Shown here one piece after another: positions 41,162 to 42,311 of a stretch of DNA of 42,311 nt. The notes under the pieces were generated by a model. It ran no database searches, was not told where the DNA came from, and worked only from the letters and a program-made list of their open reading frames with translations. The DNA is taken from the NCBI GenBank assembly GCA_964607685.1, contig CAZSOF010000003.1, positions 1 to 42,311 of the forward strand, in the 5' to 3' direction. This stretch comes from an uncultured Acidimicrobiaceae bacterium. GTDB taxonomy: Bacteria > Actinomycetota > Acidimicrobiia > Spongiisociales > ZC4RG35. Positions within the stretch are counted from its first letter, which is position 1. Every line of letters begins with the position of its first letter. The translations under genes and the position numbers were made by a program.

Positions 41162-42132
41162 CGGACCACAGCGCGGCCGTCGAACGGGCCGCGAAGACGA
41201 TCGAGACTGCGTCCGAGATCGCTCTTGCCTGTCACGTGGGCCCTGACGGCGATGCCCTGGGGTCGATGCTGGGCCTGGCCATAGCTGCTTCCAATCAAGG
41301 AAAGAAAGTGGTGGCCAGCTTTGGCTCTCCGCACGTCCTGCCACCGAGTCTGGAGTTCTTGCCCCATGGTCTGTTGGTCGCCCCATCCCAATTCCCGGAG
41401 TCCCCTGCGCTGATGGTGGTCCTCGATTCCGGCTCGGCTGACCGTCTCGGCGACCTGGCGACCAGTGCCCAGGGAGCCGAGACGCTGCTGGTGTTGGATC
41501 ATCACATCACCAATGAGGGGTTTGGGGACGTAGCCGTCGTCGATCCGACGGCCGGAGCGACCGGCGAGCTGGTGTACGAGGTGCTCCGCGCCCTGGGGTG
41601 GGAGATCACGCCGGAGGTGGCCCTGTGTCTGCACACCGCGCTGGTCACCGATACCGGGCGGTTCCAGTACTCCAACACCTCGCCACGGACACTTCGCATC
41701 GCCGCCGATCTGGTGGAGGCAGGAGCCGAGCCCAGCGTCATTGGCCGTCGCGTCTACGAGGAGGCTCCGTTTGGCTATCTCCAGTTGGCGGCGAGGGTCC
41801 TGGCCCGTGCTCAGCTGGATGCCGATCTGAGTGTGGTCTACACGTCTGTGAGCGACGAGGATCTGGACTCGGTCGGCATCGATTGGGAGGACACTGAGAA
41901 TCTCATAGACCTTCTCAGGCTGGCTGCCGAGGCCGACACCGCCGTTCTGGCGAAGATCTTCGAGGACGGTCGGGTCAAGGTGAGTCTCAGGTCTCGGGGG
42001 GAGACGGATGTTGGTGCGCTGGCGGCGGCCATGGGTGGGGGCGGTCACCGGCTTGCCGCCGGTTTCACCGTGGAGGGGGATGTCGACCGGGTGCTTCGAT
42101 CGGTGATGGGCTCCCTGAGAGAGCATCGGTGA
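41158..42132 (+). CDS. nrnA: DHH/DHHA1-family phosphoesterase (NrnA-like nanoRNase/pAp phosphatase)
   Basis: DHH motifs are present: HVGPDGDALGS, VLDSGS, LVLDHH, DTGRFQYSNT and GGGHRLAAGF. It sits in the conserved position after rbfA. GTG 41158 overlaps the rbfA stop as GTGA. Confidence 0.88.
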   Translation: MTDHSAAVERAAKTIETASEIALACHVGPDGDALGSMLGLAIAASNQGKKVVASFGSPHVLPPSLEFLPHGLLVAPSQFPESPALMVVLDSGSADRLGDLATSAQGAETLLVLDHHITNEGFGDVAVVDPTAGATGELVYEVLRALGWEITPEVALCLHTALVTDTGRFQYSNTSPRTLRIAADLVEAGAEPSVIGRRVYEEAPFGYLQLAARVLARAQLDADLSVVYTSVSDEDLDSVGIDWEDTENLIDLLRLAAEADTAVLAKIFEDGRVKVSLRSRGETDVGALAAAMGGGGHRLAAGFTVEGDVDRVLRSVMGSLREHR

Positions 42133-42311
42133 CCAGCGGATTCCTGGTCGTCGACAAGCCTCGGGGCATGACCTCCAACCAGGTGGTTGGTATCGTGAGG
42201 AAGGCGACGGGGGTCAAGAAGGTGGGTCATGCCGGCACCCTCGATCCGATGGCGAGCGGTGCTCTCGTCCTCGCCGTTGGCAACGTCACCCGTCTCGTTC
42301 GTTACATCCAG
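42129..42311 (+). CDS. truB: tRNA pseudouridine(55) synthase TruB; N-terminal part only, runs off the right edge
   Basis: Absent from the ORF track. My translation from GTG 42129: VTSGFLVVDKPRGMTSNQVVGIVRKATGVKKVGHAGTLDPMASGALVLAVGNVTRLVRYIQ. It contains the TruB catalytic motif GHAGTLDP. The start overlaps the nrnA stop as GTGA. Confidence 0.92.
   Translation, partial: MTSGFLVVDKPRGMTSNQVVGIVRKATGVKKVGHAGTLDPMASGALVLAVGNVTRLVRYIQ

Noticed and set aside
41122-42126. 334-aa minus-strand ORF opposite the DHH phosphoesterase gene
   Set aside because: It is antisense to a gene with all the DHH/DHHA1 motifs, and its composition is typical of a shadow ORF.

Overview
High-GC chromosomal window with Actinomycetota-type core synteny, most likely from a compact genome. 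Nearly every base is coding, and at least 11 gene pairs share 4-nt start/stop overlaps. Left end, minus strand: a complete form-I aerobic carbon monoxide dehydrogenase locus in the order coxD (MoxR ATPase), coxE (VWA), two small unknown ORFs, coxM, coxS, coxL (with the AYRCSFR active-site motif), then an XdhC/CoxF-like gene that runs off the edge. The rest is the classical translation and cell-envelope backbone: ffh, rpsP, KH protein, rimM, trmD, rplS, lepB, DUF2469, yraN, then yifB/comM, dprA, xerC, a WhiG/FliA-type sigma factor, queG, rpsB, tsf, pyrH, frr, cdsA, dxr, rseP, ispG, proS, rimP, nusA, infB, rbfA, nrnA and truB (partial). About 9 kb between yraN and yifB carries an ABC-2 exporter pair, a small zinc-ribbon protein, an enoyl-CoA hydratase, amt-glnK-glnD, an Fcy1-like cytosine deaminase and a GGT-family protein. 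I found no rRNA, tRNA, CRISPR array, transposase, prophage or recognisable defence genes. I see no convincing novel multi-gene system, and the window looks like ordinary core genome. The parts most worth a second look are (1) the 480-bp gap inside the cox operon with two ATGA-coupled small ORFs, (2) the hairpin plus tandem palindromes between coxD and coxE, (3) a small membrane-peptide/zinc-ribbon pair, (4) genes whose conserved N-termini have no canonical start codon (lepB, rimM), and (5) structured leaders upstream of rimP-nusA and rpsB. All calls come from reading the translations and the sequence by eye; no searches were run.
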